A DNA stretch of 64,000 nucleotides. It comes from Bacillales bacterium. GTDB taxonomy: Bacteria > Bacillota > Bacilli > Bacillales > Amphibacillaceae. Each line of letters opens with the position of its first letter. The first letter of the stretch is position 1. A program made the position numbers and the translations under genes. This document shows, piece by piece, positions 8,852 through 20,751 of the stretch. Below the pieces are notes generated by a model that saw nothing but the letters and a program-made list of their open reading frames with translations, made no database searches and was not told the DNA's origin. The stretch spans positions 11,688 through 75,687 of the forward strand of contig JARIBO010000041.1 in assembly GCA_029257405.1 (NCBI GenBank), given 5' to 3'.

Positions 8852-8880
8852 TTGTATACCATAGGGGGGTAATGTATAAT
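8852..8880 (+). promoter_or_regulatory. csoR-copAZ promoter (TTGTAT-17-TGTATAAT) with CsoR-type GC-tract operator in the spacer
   Basis: TATACC-ATA-GGGGGGTA (8855-8872) is a G/C-tract pseudo-palindrome like known CsoR operators, sitting between the -35 and an extended -10. Confidence 0.5.
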
Positions 8881-8892
8881 TAAAGTTAAGAG

Positions 8893-9195
8893 GTGATTAT
8901 GTTGAGTGAAAAATATATAAAAACACCAAAAAATAATGAAGAAAAAAAGCAGTTAGTCAATCGTTTAAAGCGAGTTGAAGGTCAAGTACGAGGCATTCAA
9001 AAAATGATTGAAGAAGATAGATATTGTATTGATGTGATGATTCAAATTAATGCAATCAACGCAGCATTGAAACAAGTAGGCGCAAATTTACTTGAACACC
9101 ATACGTCGCATTGTGTGTTAGAAGCAATTGAGTCAGGTGACGGAGAAACAGCAGTAAGTGAACTAGTCGATGTTATGAAACAATATGCTAAATAA
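8893..9195 (+). CDS. csoR: Copper-sensing transcriptional repressor CsoR
   Basis: CsoR/RcnR (DUF156) four-helix-bundle family. Cys...His...Cys ligand pattern (RYCIDV, HTSHCV). Start ambiguous (GTG 8893, ATG 8899, TTG 8902). Confidence 0.85.
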   Translation: MIMLSEKYIKTPKNNEEKKQLVNRLKRVEGQVRGIQKMIEEDRYCIDVMIQINAINAALKQVGANLLEHHTSHCVLEAIESGDGETAVSELVDVMKQYAK

Positions 9196-9210
9196 TAAAG
9201 GGTGGTTTAG

Positions 9211-11586
9211 ATGACAAACAAGGAAATATCACTTCAGATAACTGAAATGACTTGTGCTGCATGTTCATCGCGAATCGAACGTGTGTTAAATCGTAATGAA
9301 TTTATAAATGCAGAAGTTAACTTAGCAACTGAAAAAGCAGTTATTAAATATGATGATACGCAAGTAAATAAAAGCGAGATGATTGAAAAAATCGAAAAGC
9401 TCGGATTTGGAGTAAGAGAAGAACGGATTGAATTTAAAGTAAGTGGTATGACATGTGCTGCTTGTTCAAGTCGAATTGATAAAATATTAAATAAAGCTGA
9501 AGGGGTCGTATCCGCTTCAGTAAATTTAACAACTGAAATAGCAACAGTGAATTATCATCCAGATTTGATTACCCCAGATAAATTAATTAAAGAAATTGAA
9601 AAGTTAGGATACGAGGCAGTGCGTAGAGAAAGTGCTGAAAATGAATCATCTGAAGCACGCGCAACAAAGAAAATGCAAAATAAATTAATTATTTCTGCAT
9701 TGCTTTCCCTACCATTACTTATTACGATGCTGGATCATTTATTTGGTATTGCGTTACCAAGTATTTTAATGAATCCTTGGTTCCAATTTGCACTCGCAAC
9801 GCCAGTTCAATTTATTATTGGTTGGCAGTTTTACGTTAGTGCTTATAAAAATTTAAAAACAAAGTCAGCTAATATGGACGTGCTCGTTGCTCTAGGTACG
9901 AGTGCTGCTTACTTTTATAGTTTATATGAAGCAATTAAAACAATCGGCACAGCCTATGAACCACATCTTTATTTCGAAACAAGTGCAATTTTAATTACAC
10001 TCATTCTATTTGGTAAATATTTAGAAGCAAGTGCAAAAGGCCGGACAACTGAAGCGATTACTAAGTTAATGGCTCTACAAGTTAAAGAAGCACGTGTATT
10101 AATCGATGGTAAAGAACAAATGATTGCAATTGATGAAGTAAATGTAGGAGATACACTAATCGTTAAGCCAGGTGAAAAAATACCTTTAGATGGTATAATC
10201 ATGCGTGGTAGTTCAACAATTGACGAGTCAATGTTAACTGGGGAATCCATGCCAATTACAAAAACAATTGAAGATAATGTAGTTGGTGCAACAATTAATT
10301 TAAACGGTCTAATTGAAGTAAATGTAACTAAACGTGAAGAAGAATCAGTTCTCGCGTCAATTATTAAAGCAGTTGAAGATGCTCAAGGAACAAAAGCACC
10401 AATTCAAAGAATGGCCGATCAAATATCAAGTTACTTTGTACCAATTGTTGTAGGTATAGCAGTAGTAACATTTATTGTATGGATTACGTTTGTGAGTCCA
10501 GGTGAATTTGAATATGCATTAACAGCAAGTATTGCTGTACTCGTTATTGCTTGTCCATGTGCGCTTGGTCTTGCAACACCAACATCGATTATGGTTGGAA
10601 CAGGGCGCGCTGCTGAACACGGTATATTATTTAAAGGCGGCGAACACTTAGAACGTACACACGAAGTGGATACAATTGTTTTTGATAAAACAGGTACAAT
10701 TACTAAAGGTGAACCAGTTGTAACACATTTTGAAGGTAGCAACGAAACACTTCAACTACTAGCAAGTGCTGAAGCAAATTCAGAACACCCATTAGCAAAG
10801 GCAGTTGTTGATTATGCTAAGTCAAAAGAATTAACGATTACAGAAGCAACAACTTTTGAAGCGGTTCCGGGTAAAGGTATAAAAGCAAACGTATCAGGAA
10901 TTGATTTATTAATTGGAAACCGTATTTTAATGAAAGAAGCAGAAGTATCAATTGATTTATATGACCGTGCAGTAACAGAAGCTGAAGAACAAGGTTCAAC
11001 AGCAATGTTTATTGCTGAAAATGGAAAACTAACAGGGATGATTTCTGCAGCTGATACATTAAAAGATAATGCAATTGAAGCAATGAAACAATTGAAGAAA
11101 TCTGGTCAAGAACTTATCATGCTAACAGGTGATAATCAAAGAGTTGCTGATGCAATTGCAAAAGAAGTTGGGATTGATCGCGTATACGCTCAAGTACTTC
11201 CCGATGAAAAGCAAGAAAAAATTGAATTACTCCAATCTGAAGGTAAAAATGTCGCAATGGTTGGTGATGGAATTAATGACGCCCCAGCTCTTGCAACAGC
11301 AAATGTAGGAATCGCAATTGGAACAGGAACTGAAATTGCAATTGAAGCCGCTGATATTACAATTTTAGGTGGGGACTTATTACTCATACCAAAAGCCATT
11401 CAAATGAGTGAAGCAACAATTAAGAATATCAAACAGAACTTGTTTTGGGCGTTTGGGTATAATACAATAGGTATACCCATTGCAGCTATAGGTTTACTCG
11501 CACCTTGGATTGCTGGTGCTGCGATGGCATTTAGTTCAGTGAGTGTTGTTTTAAACGCTCTAAGATTGAAGCGGGTTAAAATTTAA
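9211..11586 (+). CDS. copA: Copper-translocating P1B-type ATPase
   Basis: Two N-terminal HMA domains ([10 protein letters not shown] twice), CPC in TM6, DKTGT phosphorylation site, GDGINDAP hinge. Confidence 0.95.
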   Translation: MTNKEISLQITEMTCAACSSRIERVLNRNEFINAEVNLATEKAVIKYDDTQVNKSEMIEKIEKLGFGVREERIEFKVSGMTCAACSSRIDKILNKAEGVVSASVNLTTEIATVNYHPDLITPDKLIKEIEKLGYEAVRRESAENESSEARATKKMQNKLIISALLSLPLLITMLDHLFGIALPSILMNPWFQFALATPVQFIIGWQFYVSAYKNLKTKSANMDVLVALGTSAAYFYSLYEAIKTIGTAYEPHLYFETSAILITLILFGKYLEASAKGRTTEAITKLMALQVKEARVLIDGKEQMIAIDEVNVGDTLIVKPGEKIPLDGIIMRGSSTIDESMLTGESMPITKTIEDNVVGATINLNGLIEVNVTKREEESVLASIIKAVEDAQGTKAPIQRMADQISSYFVPIVVGIAVVTFIVWITFVSPGEFEYALTASIAVLVIACPCALGLATPTSIMVGTGRAAEHGILFKGGEHLERTHEVDTIVFDKTGTITKGEPVVTHFEGSNETLQLLASAEANSEHPLAKAVVDYAKSKELTITEATTFEAVPGKGIKANVSGIDLLIGNRILMKEAEVSIDLYDRAVTEAEEQGSTAMFIAENGKLTGMISAADTLKDNAIEAMKQLKKSGQELIMLTGDNQRVADAIAKEVGIDRVYAQVLPDEKQEKIELLQSEGKNVAMVGDGINDAPALATANVGIAIGTGTEIAIEAADITILGGDLLLIPKAIQMSEATIKNIKQNLFWAFGYNTIGIPIAAIGLLAPWIAGAAMAFSSVSVVLNALRLKRVKI

Positions 11587-11602
11587 TTTAGGAGGAATAA
11601 AT

Positions 11603-11806
11603 ATGCAAACAGAATTAAAAGTAGAAGGTATGACATGTGGACATTGTACAGGTGCTGTTGAAGGAGCTTTAGCTAAAGAAGCAGGTGTTAAAAAAGCAAA
11701 AGCAAATTTAGACTCTGGCCTTGTCACAATTGATTATAACGAATCAGAAATTTCACTTGATAAAATTAAAGAAACGATTGAAGATCAAGGTTATGATGTT
11801 AAATAA
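11603..11806 (+). CDS. copZ: Copper chaperone CopZ
   Basis: 67-aa HMA domain with MTCGHC. SD AGGAGG upstream. Confidence 0.9.
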   Translation: MQTELKVEGMTCGHCTGAVEGALAKEAGVKKAKANLDSGLVTIDYNESEISLDKIKETIEDQGYDVK

Positions 11807-11822
11807 TCGTTAATTATACTTA

Positions 11823-11868
11823 CTGTTTAAACGTGAAAAGGTACATGTCGCGTTTAAACAGTTTTTTT
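11823..11868 (+). terminator. Rho-independent terminator of csoR-copAZ
   Basis: CTGTTTAAACG-N17-CGTTTAAACAG followed by seven T. Confidence 0.8.
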
Positions 11869-11981
11869 ATAGGTAAAATCAGTTTAATATGATGTATAAG
11901 TTCAGATAATTATGATAAGTTATACATAGAATGAAAATTTACATGAGTAAAATATATAAAGTGATTAAAGGAGCGAAAGTG

Positions 11982-13691
11982 ATGATTGAAAAGATGAAGC
12001 AAGTCACATTTGATGAAGTTAATGACGCGATGTGGGAAGAAGAAGCAGTTAAATCATTACGCGGAAGACCATTAGAAGAATTAATATCTAAAACTTCTGA
12101 AGGAATCGACATTCATCCACTCTATACAAAAGAATTACTAGAAAAAACATTAGGTAATCAAGTAGAAAACATTACAGAAACAGTTCGTCAAACAAAGAAT
12201 TCGGATACATGGACAATTGCTCAAGCAATATATCAAAAATCAGGTGAGGATTTTATCACTGAATTAACAGATAGTCTTAAGCGAGGTAATGAGTCGATTG
12301 TTTATGATGGAAAAAGTAATGTGATTTGGACGGACGCCTCATTAAATAAACTTGCTGAATTAATTTTGGATTATCCCGTTTATGCTTTTGATTTAACAGA
12401 AAATGACGCATTTATCACTGTGTTCGAAAAAATAGAAGAAAAGAATCGTAAGAAAATTGAAGGAGCGGTCTCAGGCGATAATATTAGTTTACCTGAGGGC
12501 TATGATAAGATTCGCACACTTTCATTAGATGCACGTCAAGTGCACTATGGTGGATCAGATATTATTACAGAACTTGCAATTACTTTAGCAAAAGCAGCTG
12601 AAGAAGCAGAAGCATATGATAACTTTAAACAATTTTCTGATCAAGTTATTGTCAGGTTTGCGATAGATACAGAATACTTTTTTGAAATAGCAAAACTGCG
12701 TGCTTTTAGAGTACTTTGGCAAACCTTTGCTAGAAGTTATGACTATAAAGGTTATAGTTCGGTTCCTGTCCATTCAGAAACGTCACTGCGCACATTTTCA
12801 AAATTAGATGAGTATGTGAATTTACTTCGAGCAGGAAATGAAGCGTTAGCAGCGATAATTGGTGGAACAGATATTTTAACAGTACATCCGCATAATATTC
12901 TAACAGGCTCAAATGCACTTTCACGACGTTATGCTCGAAATGTTCAGCTTGTGTTAAAAGAAGAAACATATGTAAATGATGTGATCGATCACTCAGGTGG
13001 ATCATATTTTGTAGAAACTTTAACAAGTGAATTTATTAAACAAGCTTGGGATTATTTCTTAGAAATTGAAGCATTAGGTGGTTACTCGGCATTTATAGGT
13101 AGCGGAGAACTTGAAGAACGTGTGACAAAAACAAGGAAAGAACGTTTTGATGAAGTAGCGCATAATAAAAAGTCCTTAGTTGGAACGAATGTGTATGCTG
13201 ATTTATCAGCTCCGATTATAAAAGGAGATAATCCTCTAGATATTCCGAACCGTTTAGCTGAGCCATATGAGAAGTTACGTCTATATTTTGAAGATAAACA
13301 GCCTAAAATTGTTTTACTTACATTTGGTGAATTAAAAGACTTTAAACCACGTGCTGACTTTGTTAAAGGGTTTTTAGCAACTGGCGGGTTAGATGTTGAG
13401 TCTAGTCCAGCGTTTGAAACTATCGAAGCAGGACAAAAGTGGATTAAGCAAACAGACTTTGATTATGGCGTTATTTGTGTCGGAGGAAAAGAGACAGTCG
13501 AAGTATTAAATGAATTAGTAAAAGATTTACCGAAAAATAAAACGATTGATGTTGCAGGATTTTATAAAGGCGAAGATGCAGATAACTGGAAAAAGTATGG
13601 CATTTCAGACTTTCTTTATAAAGGAAAAAACCAAATTGAAAAAATTAACGAAATAAAAGAAAATTGGGAAGAGGTGGTTACGAATGAATAA
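11982..13691 (+). CDS. mutA: Methylmalonyl-CoA mutase small (beta) subunit
   Basis: MCM-fold paralogue lacking the DxHxxG cobalamin motif. 8-nt overlap with mutB. Start set at ATG 11982 (SD AAAGGAG 7 nt upstream) instead of the listed 11931. Confidence 0.8.
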   Translation: MIEKMKQVTFDEVNDAMWEEEAVKSLRGRPLEELISKTSEGIDIHPLYTKELLEKTLGNQVENITETVRQTKNSDTWTIAQAIYQKSGEDFITELTDSLKRGNESIVYDGKSNVIWTDASLNKLAELILDYPVYAFDLTENDAFITVFEKIEEKNRKKIEGAVSGDNISLPEGYDKIRTLSLDARQVHYGGSDIITELAITLAKAAEEAEAYDNFKQFSDQVIVRFAIDTEYFFEIAKLRAFRVLWQTFARSYDYKGYSSVPVHSETSLRTFSKLDEYVNLLRAGNEALAAIIGGTDILTVHPHNILTGSNALSRRYARNVQLVLKEETYVNDVIDHSGGSYFVETLTSEFIKQAWDYFLEIEALGGYSAFIGSGELEERVTKTRKERFDEVAHNKKSLVGTNVYADLSAPIIKGDNPLDIPNRLAEPYEKLRLYFEDKQPKIVLLTFGELKDFKPRADFVKGFLATGGLDVESSPAFETIEAGQKWIKQTDFDYGVICVGGKETVEVLNELVKDLPKNKTIDVAGFYKGEDADNWKKYGISDFLYKGKNQIEKINEIKENWEEVVTNE

Positions 13692-15843
13692 ACCAGATTT
13701 TTCTAAAATTAAACCAATTATAGATTCGGCGCCAAATAACACAAAGCAAACACAAACCACTGATACTGTGTTAACAAATGAAGGTATTGACATTAAGCGC
13801 ATGTATACAAAAGAAGATATTCAAGGTGTCGAACATTTAAATGACTATCCGGGTATTGCGCCAAATACTAGAGGACCTTATCCAACAATGTATGTAGCAA
13901 GACCATGGACAGTACGACAGTATGCAGGGTTTTCAACTGCTGAAGAAAGTAACGCATTTTATCGTCGTAACTTAGCGATGGGACAAAAAGGACTTTCTGT
14001 TGCTTTTGACCTTGCTACCCACCGGGGGTATGATTCAGATCACGAACGTGTAACAGGTGACGTAGGAAAAGCAGGCGTTGCGATTGATTCAGTTGAAGAT
14101 ATGAAGATTTTATTTGACGGGATTCCACTCGATGAAATGTCTGTATCGATGACAATGAATGGTGCAGTATTACCGATTATGGCATTTTATATCATTGCTG
14201 CTGAAGAGCAAGGTGTTTCACCTGAAAAATTAGCAGGAACAATTCAAAATGATATTTTAAAGGAATATATGGTAAGAAACACTTACATTTTTCCACCAGA
14301 AATGTCGATGGAAATTATCGCTGATATATTTGAATATACATCTAAATATATGCCGCGTTTTAACTCAATTTCAATTTCTGGTTATCATATCCAAGAAGCA
14401 GGAGCAACTGCTGATATTGAATTAGCTTATACATTAGCAGACGGTTTAGAGTACGTTCGAACAGGATTAAAAGCAGGAATTGATATTGATTCATTCGCAC
14501 CGCGTCTTTCGTTTTTCTGGGGAATTGGTAAAAACTATTATATGGAAATAGCGAAAATGCGTGCAGCAAGAAAAATTTGGGCACAAATGATGCGTACATT
14601 TGATCCGAAAAATCCAAGAGCACTTGCACTGAGAACTCACTCACAGACATCTGGTTGGAGTTTAACAGAGCAAGATCCATTCAATAACATTACGCGTACA
14701 CTCGTCCAAGCAAACGCAGCTGCTATGGGTCATACACAATCACTTCATACCAACGCACTAGATGAAGCCATTGCATTACCTACAGACTTTTCAGCGCGAA
14801 TTGCGCGTAATACTCAACTTTTCTTACAAGAAGAAACAAAAATGACTGATGTCGCAGATCCATTCGGTGGTTCATATTATGTTGAAAAATTAACAGATGA
14901 ACTTATTGATAAAGCGTGGGATTTAATAGATGAAATAGAAGAGTTAGGTGGAATGGCAAAAGCAATTGAAACAGGACTGCCAAAATTAAAAATCGAAGAA
15001 GCAGCAGCTAAGCGACAAGCTCAAATTGACTCACAAGCAGAAGTTATTATTGGAATGAATAAATATCAACTTGAAACAGAAGAACCGATTGATATTTTAG
15101 ATATTGATAATACAGTTGTTCGCCAGAAGCAAATTGACCGAATTAATACAATGAAAGAAAATCGTAATGAAGAAGCGGTTCAAGAAGCATTAGCTAAAGT
15201 AACTGAATCAGCAAAAACAAGAAAAACAAATCTATTAGCATGTGCGGTTGATGCTGCGCGTGAACGTGCAACAATCGGTGAAATATCTGACGCGATTGAA
15301 GAAGTATCAGGCAGACATAAGGCGGTGATTCGTACAGTGAGTGGTGTATATAGTAGTAATTTCTCAGAAGAAGAAGAAATTAATGAAGTCATTGAAATGA
15401 CTGAAGAATTCTTAGAAAATGAAGGACGCCGTCCACGTATTTTAATTGCTAAAATGGGCCAAGACGGACATGATCGTGGTGCGAAAGTTATTGCATCTTC
15501 ATTCGCTGACTTAGGTTTTGACGTTGATGTTGGACCTTTATTCCAAACGCCTAAAGAAACAGCTACACAAGCAGCTGAAAATGATGTCCATGTGATTGGT
15601 GTTAGTTCACTTGCTGCAGGACATAAAACACTCGTCCCAGCATTAAAACAAGAACTAGAAAAAATTGGTCGCGGAGATATTTTAATTGTTGTTGGAGGCG
15701 TTATTCCAGCGCAAGACTATGAACAACTTCGTAAAGATGGTGCAGATGCTATTTTTGGACCAGGAACAGTTATTCCAGTTTCAGCTCAACATGTCATTGA
15801 AAAAATATATGAAAACCTCGGTTACGAGGAAGTGACAAAATGA
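13684..15843 (+). CDS. mutB: Methylmalonyl-CoA mutase large (alpha) subunit, B12-dependent
   Basis: [25 protein letters not shown] substrate-barrel motif. C-terminal B12-binding domain with DGHDRGAKV (DxHxxG). Confidence 0.93.
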   Translation: MNKPDFSKIKPIIDSAPNNTKQTQTTDTVLTNEGIDIKRMYTKEDIQGVEHLNDYPGIAPNTRGPYPTMYVARPWTVRQYAGFSTAEESNAFYRRNLAMGQKGLSVAFDLATHRGYDSDHERVTGDVGKAGVAIDSVEDMKILFDGIPLDEMSVSMTMNGAVLPIMAFYIIAAEEQGVSPEKLAGTIQNDILKEYMVRNTYIFPPEMSMEIIADIFEYTSKYMPRFNSISISGYHIQEAGATADIELAYTLADGLEYVRTGLKAGIDIDSFAPRLSFFWGIGKNYYMEIAKMRAARKIWAQMMRTFDPKNPRALALRTHSQTSGWSLTEQDPFNNITRTLVQANAAAMGHTQSLHTNALDEAIALPTDFSARIARNTQLFLQEETKMTDVADPFGGSYYVEKLTDELIDKAWDLIDEIEELGGMAKAIETGLPKLKIEEAAAKRQAQIDSQAEVIIGMNKYQLETEEPIDILDIDNTVVRQKQIDRINTMKENRNEEAVQEALAKVTESAKTRKTNLLACAVDAARERATIGEISDAIEEVSGRHKAVIRTVSGVYSSNFSEEEEINEVIEMTEEFLENEGRRPRILIAKMGQDGHDRGAKVIASSFADLGFDVDVGPLFQTPKETATQAAENDVHVIGVSSLAAGHKTLVPALKQELEKIGRGDILIVVGGVIPAQDYEQLRKDGADAIFGPGTVIPVSAQHVIEKIYENLGYEEVTK

Positions 15844-16922
15844 CTAACAAGCCTGAAAATTTTGTAAAGGATAGTGCTATGCATGTGATGGATGGCGTTT
15901 CAAGTTCACATGATGGCACTAAAAAGTCCAAACGAAGAAAATTCATTAAAAAGAATCGCGATATTTCGATCGACGACTTATTTGCAAAAATTAAAACAGG
16001 ATCAAGGCTCGACTTAGCAAGGGGAATAACTTTACTTGAAAGTATCGCAAGCCATGACAAGGAAACAGCTCAAGCATTACTTTTAAAAGCACTTCCGTAT
16101 ACAGGTAAAAGTATTCGAATTGGAATTACAGGTGTTCCTGGAGCAGGAAAAAGTACATTTATTGAAAGTTTTGGTTTACTCTTAAGCAAGCTCGATTTTA
16201 AAGTAGCTGTTTTAGCAATTGATCCGAGCTCATCGTTAACAGGAGGTAGTATTTTAGGAGATAAAACACGAATGGAAGAACTCGCTCGTGACCCGAATAC
16301 ATTTATTAGACCTTCACCAACGTCGGGAACGCTAGGTGGCGTTCATCGAAAAACACGCGAAACAATGCTACTTTGTGAAGCGGCAGGTTACGATATAATT
16401 CTTATTGAAACAGTCGGTGTTGGTCAAAGTGAGACAGCTGTTAGAAATATGGTTGATTTCTTTATGTTGCTTGCTTTAACAGGCGCAGGTGATGATTTAC
16501 AAGGTATGAAAAAAGGTATTATGGAGCTAACTGATTTAATCGTCGTAAATAAAGCAGATGGCGACAATAAACGCCCAGCTCAGCGAACGATGCGTGAATA
16601 TCGTCAAATACTTCATGTTTTACAACCAGCTTCACCGGGTTGGGAATCAAGTGCAACGTCAGTTTCATCTTTAAATAGAACTGGATTTGAACGTGTTTGG
16701 GAAATTGTTTTAGAATTTAAAGAAAAAATGCAGGAAAACAATTACTGGGAAACGCGACGTGAAGAACAGACAAGTGCCTGGTTTAAAGATATGATTAATG
16801 ACCGTTTAATTGAAAGTTTCTTTAATGAACCAGGTAAAAAAGAAGCAGTAAGTAAGTTAGAAAAAGAATTAATTGCTGGCAATTTAACAGTTGCAGCAGC
16901 TGTCGACAAATTATTTGAATAA
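15840..16922 (+). CDS. meaB: Methylmalonyl-CoA mutase-associated G3E GTPase (MeaB/ArgK)
   Basis: Walker [28 protein letters not shown] overlap with mutB. Confidence 0.9.
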   Translation: MTNKPENFVKDSAMHVMDGVSSSHDGTKKSKRRKFIKKNRDISIDDLFAKIKTGSRLDLARGITLLESIASHDKETAQALLLKALPYTGKSIRIGITGVPGAGKSTFIESFGLLLSKLDFKVAVLAIDPSSSLTGGSILGDKTRMEELARDPNTFIRPSPTSGTLGGVHRKTRETMLLCEAAGYDIILIETVGVGQSETAVRNMVDFFMLLALTGAGDDLQGMKKGIMELTDLIVVNKADGDNKRPAQRTMREYRQILHVLQPASPGWESSATSVSSLNRTGFERVWEIVLEFKEKMQENNYWETRREEQTSAWFKDMINDRLIESFFNEPGKKEAVSKLEKELIAGNLTVAAAVDKLFE

Positions 16923-16929
16923 AAATTAA

Positions 16930-16966
16930 AATGGCTTTACCAAAGGGGGTAGAGCCATTTTATTTA
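16930..16966 (+). terminator. Rho-independent terminator of the mutAB-meaB operon
   Basis: AATGGCTTTACC-N6-GGTAGAGCCATT (1 mismatch) followed by TTTTATTT. Confidence 0.7.
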
Positions 16967-17067
16967 AAAAAATAAAAAAATGTAAGGCTTTTCATTGCGT
17001 TATTTTAAAAAATGTTCTAGTATATGTATAAGAGATAAAAGTTAAGCAATATTTTTTTAAACACATA

Positions 17068-17085
17068 TGAATGAGTATTCATTCA
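17068..17085 (+). promoter_or_regulatory. FadR (YsiA)-type operator upstream of fadN
   Basis: Perfect palindrome TGAATGA-GTAT-TCATTCA 43 nt upstream of the fadN ATG. Matches my recollection of the B. subtilis FadR box core. Confidence 0.6.
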
Positions 17086-17127
17086 AAAACTCATTTAAAT
17101 GGAATATAATCATAAGGAGGACTATTA

Positions 17128-19533
17128 ATGAGTCATAAAATTAAACGTGCAGCAGTACTTGGTTCAGGAGTCATGGGTTCAGGAATTGCAGCTCATTTAG
17201 CAAACATCGGAATCCCAACAATTATGTTAGATATTGTACCAAGAGAATTGACGAAACAAGAAGAAGCAAGTGGACTTACATTAGAAAACAAACAAGTCCG
17301 TAATCGAATTGCTAACGAAAGTAAAAAAGCATTACTAAAACAAAGACCATCTCCAATCACATCTAAACGTAGTCTAGAGTTAATTGAAACCGGTAACATG
17401 ACAGACGATATGGAAAAATTAAAAGATGTCGATTGGATAATAGAAGTAGTTGTTGAAAGGTTAGATATTAAAAAACAAGTTTTTGCTGAAGTTGATAAAC
17501 ACCGTAAAGAAGGATCAATTGTATCTTCTAACACGTCAGGGATATCAATTGAAGCGATGATCGAAGATTGTTCAGAAGATATGAAGAAACATTTCTTAGG
17601 AACTCATTTCTTTAATCCACCACGTTATTTAAAGTTACTCGAAGTTATTCCGACACAACATACTGATCCAGAGATTTTAACATTTATGAAACAATTTGGT
17701 GAAGACGTGTTAGGAAAAGGTGTCGTTGAAGCAAAAGACACACCCAATTTCATCGCCAACCGAATTGGAACTTATGGATTATTAGTAACTGTTCAAGAAA
17801 TGTTGAAAGCTAATTTAAGTATTAGCCAAGTAGACTCAGTCACAGGTCCATTGATTGGTAGACCCAAAAGTGCAACATTTAGAACGCTAGATGTCGTTGG
17901 GTTAGATACATTTATTAATGTAGCAAATAATGTACATGAACAAGTATCAGGTGATGAACAAAAAATGTTTGAAATTCCTGAGTTTATGAATAAAATGGCT
18001 GAAAATGGTTGGTTAGGTGCTAAAACTAAAAAAGGATTCTTTGAAAAAGTACGTGGAGAAAAAGGAAGTGAAATTTTAGAGTTAAATCCTGAAACTTTCG
18101 AATATGAACCACGTAAACGTCTTAAAACAGCAGCTACTGAAATGGCTGGTCAGCAAAAAGGACCTGGAAATAAAATCAAAACACTTATTTCACAAAAAGG
18201 CGATGAAGCAAGTGACTTTGTTTGGGCAGTTATTAAACCTGCATTAATTTACTCAGCAGAATTAGTCGGCGAGATTGCTGATGATATTTTAGCAATTGAC
18301 CAAGCAATGAAGTGGGGATTCGGCTGGACTATGGGTCCATTTGAAATCTGGGATGCAATTGGGATTAAAAAGTCAGTTGAACGCATGCAAGCTGAAGGTG
18401 AGAATGTTCCAGAATGGATTGTAAATTTAGCTAAAAAAGATGATCCAGCATTTTACCGGGTTACAGATGATAAAGTTGAATATCTAGTAGGTAATGAATA
18501 TAAAGAACAAATATTTAATGAAAAAGAAATTGATTTAAAACGTCTTAAAGCAAAAAATGGTGTCATTAAAAAGAATTCAGGCGCTAGCTTAGTTGACTTA
18601 AATGATGGTGTTCTAGTATTAGAGTTCCATTCACAAAGTAATGCATTAGGACTTGATTCAATTCAAATGATTAATTACGCAATCGAAGAAGTTGGCAACA
18701 ATCCAGCCTATAAAGGTTTAGTAATTGGTAACCAAGGAAAGAATTTCTGTGTAGGTGCAAATATTGGCCTTATGTTAATGGAAGCACAAGATGATAATTT
18801 CTTTGAACTTGATATGGTTATTAAGCAATTCCAAGAAATGGCAATGAATATTAAATATTCAGAAAAACCAGTTGTTTCTGCCCCATTCCAAATGGCAGTC
18901 GGAGGCGGAGCTGAAGTAACATTACCAGCTGCAGCAGTCCAAGCGTCACAAGAAGCATACATTGGTCTTGTAGAAGTAGGAGTTGGATTAATTCCTGGCG
19001 GTGGCGGAACAAAAGAACTTTATCTCAAAATGTTGCGCGATATGCCTAAAGGACTTAATTTCGATTTACAACAAGTCACAAATGCTGTATTTGAAAGAAT
19101 TGCAACAGCAGAGGTAGCAACATCAGCTGAAGAAGCAAGAGAACTTGGGTTTTTAAATAATCATGATGGTATTAGTGTTAACCCTGACCACTTATTATAC
19201 GATGCGAAACAAAGAGTATTATCACTTGCGCTCGCAGGGTATCAAGCACCACAAAGAGAAAAAATCCCAGTTGTCGGTGACGCAGGTTATGCAACAATGT
19301 TACTAGGTGCAGAAGGATTGCGCTTAAGTGGATATGCATCAGACCATGATTTAAAAATTGCTGAAAAGTTAGCTTATGTACTTTCAGGTGGTCGGATAAA
19401 AGAAAATAGTTATATTGATGAGCAAGTCATGTTAGATCTTGAACGTGAAGCGTTCTTAAGTCTAATTGCAGAACCAAAAACACAAATGAGAATGCAACAT
19501 ATGTTACTTAAAGGAAAACCGTTAAGAAATTAA
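17128..19533 (+). CDS. fadN: 3-hydroxyacyl-CoA dehydrogenase / enoyl-CoA hydratase (FadN/YusL type)
   Basis: N-terminal NAD-binding GSGVMGSGIA and a C-terminal crotonase-like domain. 801 aa. First gene of a fadN-fadA-fadE order as in B. subtilis. Confidence 0.88.
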   Translation: MSHKIKRAAVLGSGVMGSGIAAHLANIGIPTIMLDIVPRELTKQEEASGLTLENKQVRNRIANESKKALLKQRPSPITSKRSLELIETGNMTDDMEKLKDVDWIIEVVVERLDIKKQVFAEVDKHRKEGSIVSSNTSGISIEAMIEDCSEDMKKHFLGTHFFNPPRYLKLLEVIPTQHTDPEILTFMKQFGEDVLGKGVVEAKDTPNFIANRIGTYGLLVTVQEMLKANLSISQVDSVTGPLIGRPKSATFRTLDVVGLDTFINVANNVHEQVSGDEQKMFEIPEFMNKMAENGWLGAKTKKGFFEKVRGEKGSEILELNPETFEYEPRKRLKTAATEMAGQQKGPGNKIKTLISQKGDEASDFVWAVIKPALIYSAELVGEIADDILAIDQAMKWGFGWTMGPFEIWDAIGIKKSVERMQAEGENVPEWIVNLAKKDDPAFYRVTDDKVEYLVGNEYKEQIFNEKEIDLKRLKAKNGVIKKNSGASLVDLNDGVLVLEFHSQSNALGLDSIQMINYAIEEVGNNPAYKGLVIGNQGKNFCVGANIGLMLMEAQDDNFFELDMVIKQFQEMAMNIKYSEKPVVSAPFQMAVGGGAEVTLPAAAVQASQEAYIGLVEVGVGLIPGGGGTKELYLKMLRDMPKGLNFDLQQVTNAVFERIATAEVATSAEEARELGFLNNHDGISVNPDHLLYDAKQRVLSLALAGYQAPQREKIPVVGDAGYATMLLGAEGLRLSGYASDHDLKIAEKLAYVLSGGRIKENSYIDEQVMLDLEREAFLSLIAEPKTQMRMQHMLLKGKPLRN

Positions 19534-19553
19534 TCGAAAGGGGAGGAATTATC

Positions 19554-20729
19554 GTGAAGGAAGCAGTTATTGTTTCAGGAGCAAGAACGCCAGTAGGAAG
19601 AGCAAATAGAGGGTCACTCGCAAACACCCGTCCAGATGATTTAGCCGCTACTGCACTTAAAGAAACGTTGAAACGTGCAGATAATTATGATGGTAAGATT
19701 GATGACGTGATTATTGGTAATGCGATGCCAGAAGCTGAACAAGGTATGAACATGGCAAATAACATTGCAGGACTTGCTGGATTAAGTACAGATACACCAG
19801 CAATTACAATTAACCGCTATTGTTCGTCAGGTTTACAAAGTATTGCTTATGGTGCAGAGCGAATCATGCTCGGTCAAAGCGATACGATTATAGCAGGTGG
19901 AGCAGAATCAATGAGTTTGATTCCAATGGGTGGTCATGTTATTAGACCGAATCCAAAACTTGTCATTAACGCACCAGAATATTATATGGGCATGGGGCAT
20001 ACAGCAGAAGAAGTAGCGAATAAGTTCTCTATTTCACGAGCTGATCAAGATGCTTTTGCAGCTGAAAGTCATAAACGTGCTGCCGCAGCAATAAAAGCAG
20101 GTAAATTTAATGACGAAATTGTTCCATATGAAATTGTTGAACGTGTTGTAGGTAAAGAAGGTAAAATCGTTGAAGTTAAAAAAATGTTTGAAATGGATGA
20201 AGGTGTCCGTGAAGGTACAACAACAGAAATACTTGCTAAATTAAGACCAGCATTTTCAACAACAGGGTCAGTTACAGCAGGTAATTCATCACAAATGAGT
20301 GACGGGGCAGGAACTGTTTTACTTATGGACCGTGAAAAAGCGGAAGCAGAAGGTTTAGTACCTCAGCTTAAATTCCGTTCCTTTGCAGTAGCAGGTGTAC
20401 CACCAGAAATTATGGGGGTAGGTCCAGTTGAAGCTATTCCTAAAGCACTTAAGCTTGCAGGATTAGAAATTTCTGATATTGGTTTATTTGAATTAAACGA
20501 AGCATTTGCTTCACAATCTTTACACGTTATTAATACATTAAATTTAGATCCAAGTAAAGTAAACGTAAATGGTGGCGCAATTGCATTAGGACATCCATTA
20601 GGGATGACTGGAACAAAATTAACACTAAGTATTATGCATGAAATGAAGCGTCAAAATGTACAGTTTGGTGTCGTTACAATGTGTATTGGTGGCGGTATGG
20701 GAGCAGCAGGAGTATTTGAATTAATTTAA
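19554..20729 (+). CDS. fadA: Acetyl-CoA C-acyltransferase (3-ketoacyl-CoA thiolase)
   Basis: Thiolase motifs NRYCSSGLQ (active Cys), GNSSQMSDGAG, NGGAIALGHPLG, CIGGGMG. Confidence 0.92.
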   Translation: MKEAVIVSGARTPVGRANRGSLANTRPDDLAATALKETLKRADNYDGKIDDVIIGNAMPEAEQGMNMANNIAGLAGLSTDTPAITINRYCSSGLQSIAYGAERIMLGQSDTIIAGGAESMSLIPMGGHVIRPNPKLVINAPEYYMGMGHTAEEVANKFSISRADQDAFAAESHKRAAAAIKAGKFNDEIVPYEIVERVVGKEGKIVEVKKMFEMDEGVREGTTTEILAKLRPAFSTTGSVTAGNSSQMSDGAGTVLLMDREKAEAEGLVPQLKFRSFAVAGVPPEIMGVGPVEAIPKALKLAGLEISDIGLFELNEAFASQSLHVINTLNLDPSKVNVNGGAIALGHPLGMTGTKLTLSIMHEMKRQNVQFGVVTMCIGGGMGAAGVFELI

Positions 20730-20751
20730 CTTAAAATTTGAAAGGATGATA

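Noticed and set aside
8758-8862. N-terminal 35-codon extension of the znuA ORF in the track (start 8862)
   Set aside because: The extension runs through the Zur boxes, the predicted promoter and the csoR operator region, has no SD, and precedes a normal lipoprotein signal peptide starting at TTG 8757 with a good SD.
11869-11981. Cobalamin riboswitch upstream of the B12-dependent mutase genes
   Set aside because: Only about 110 nt of AT-rich sequence is available. There is no B12-box-like GCCACTG element and no multi-helix potential.
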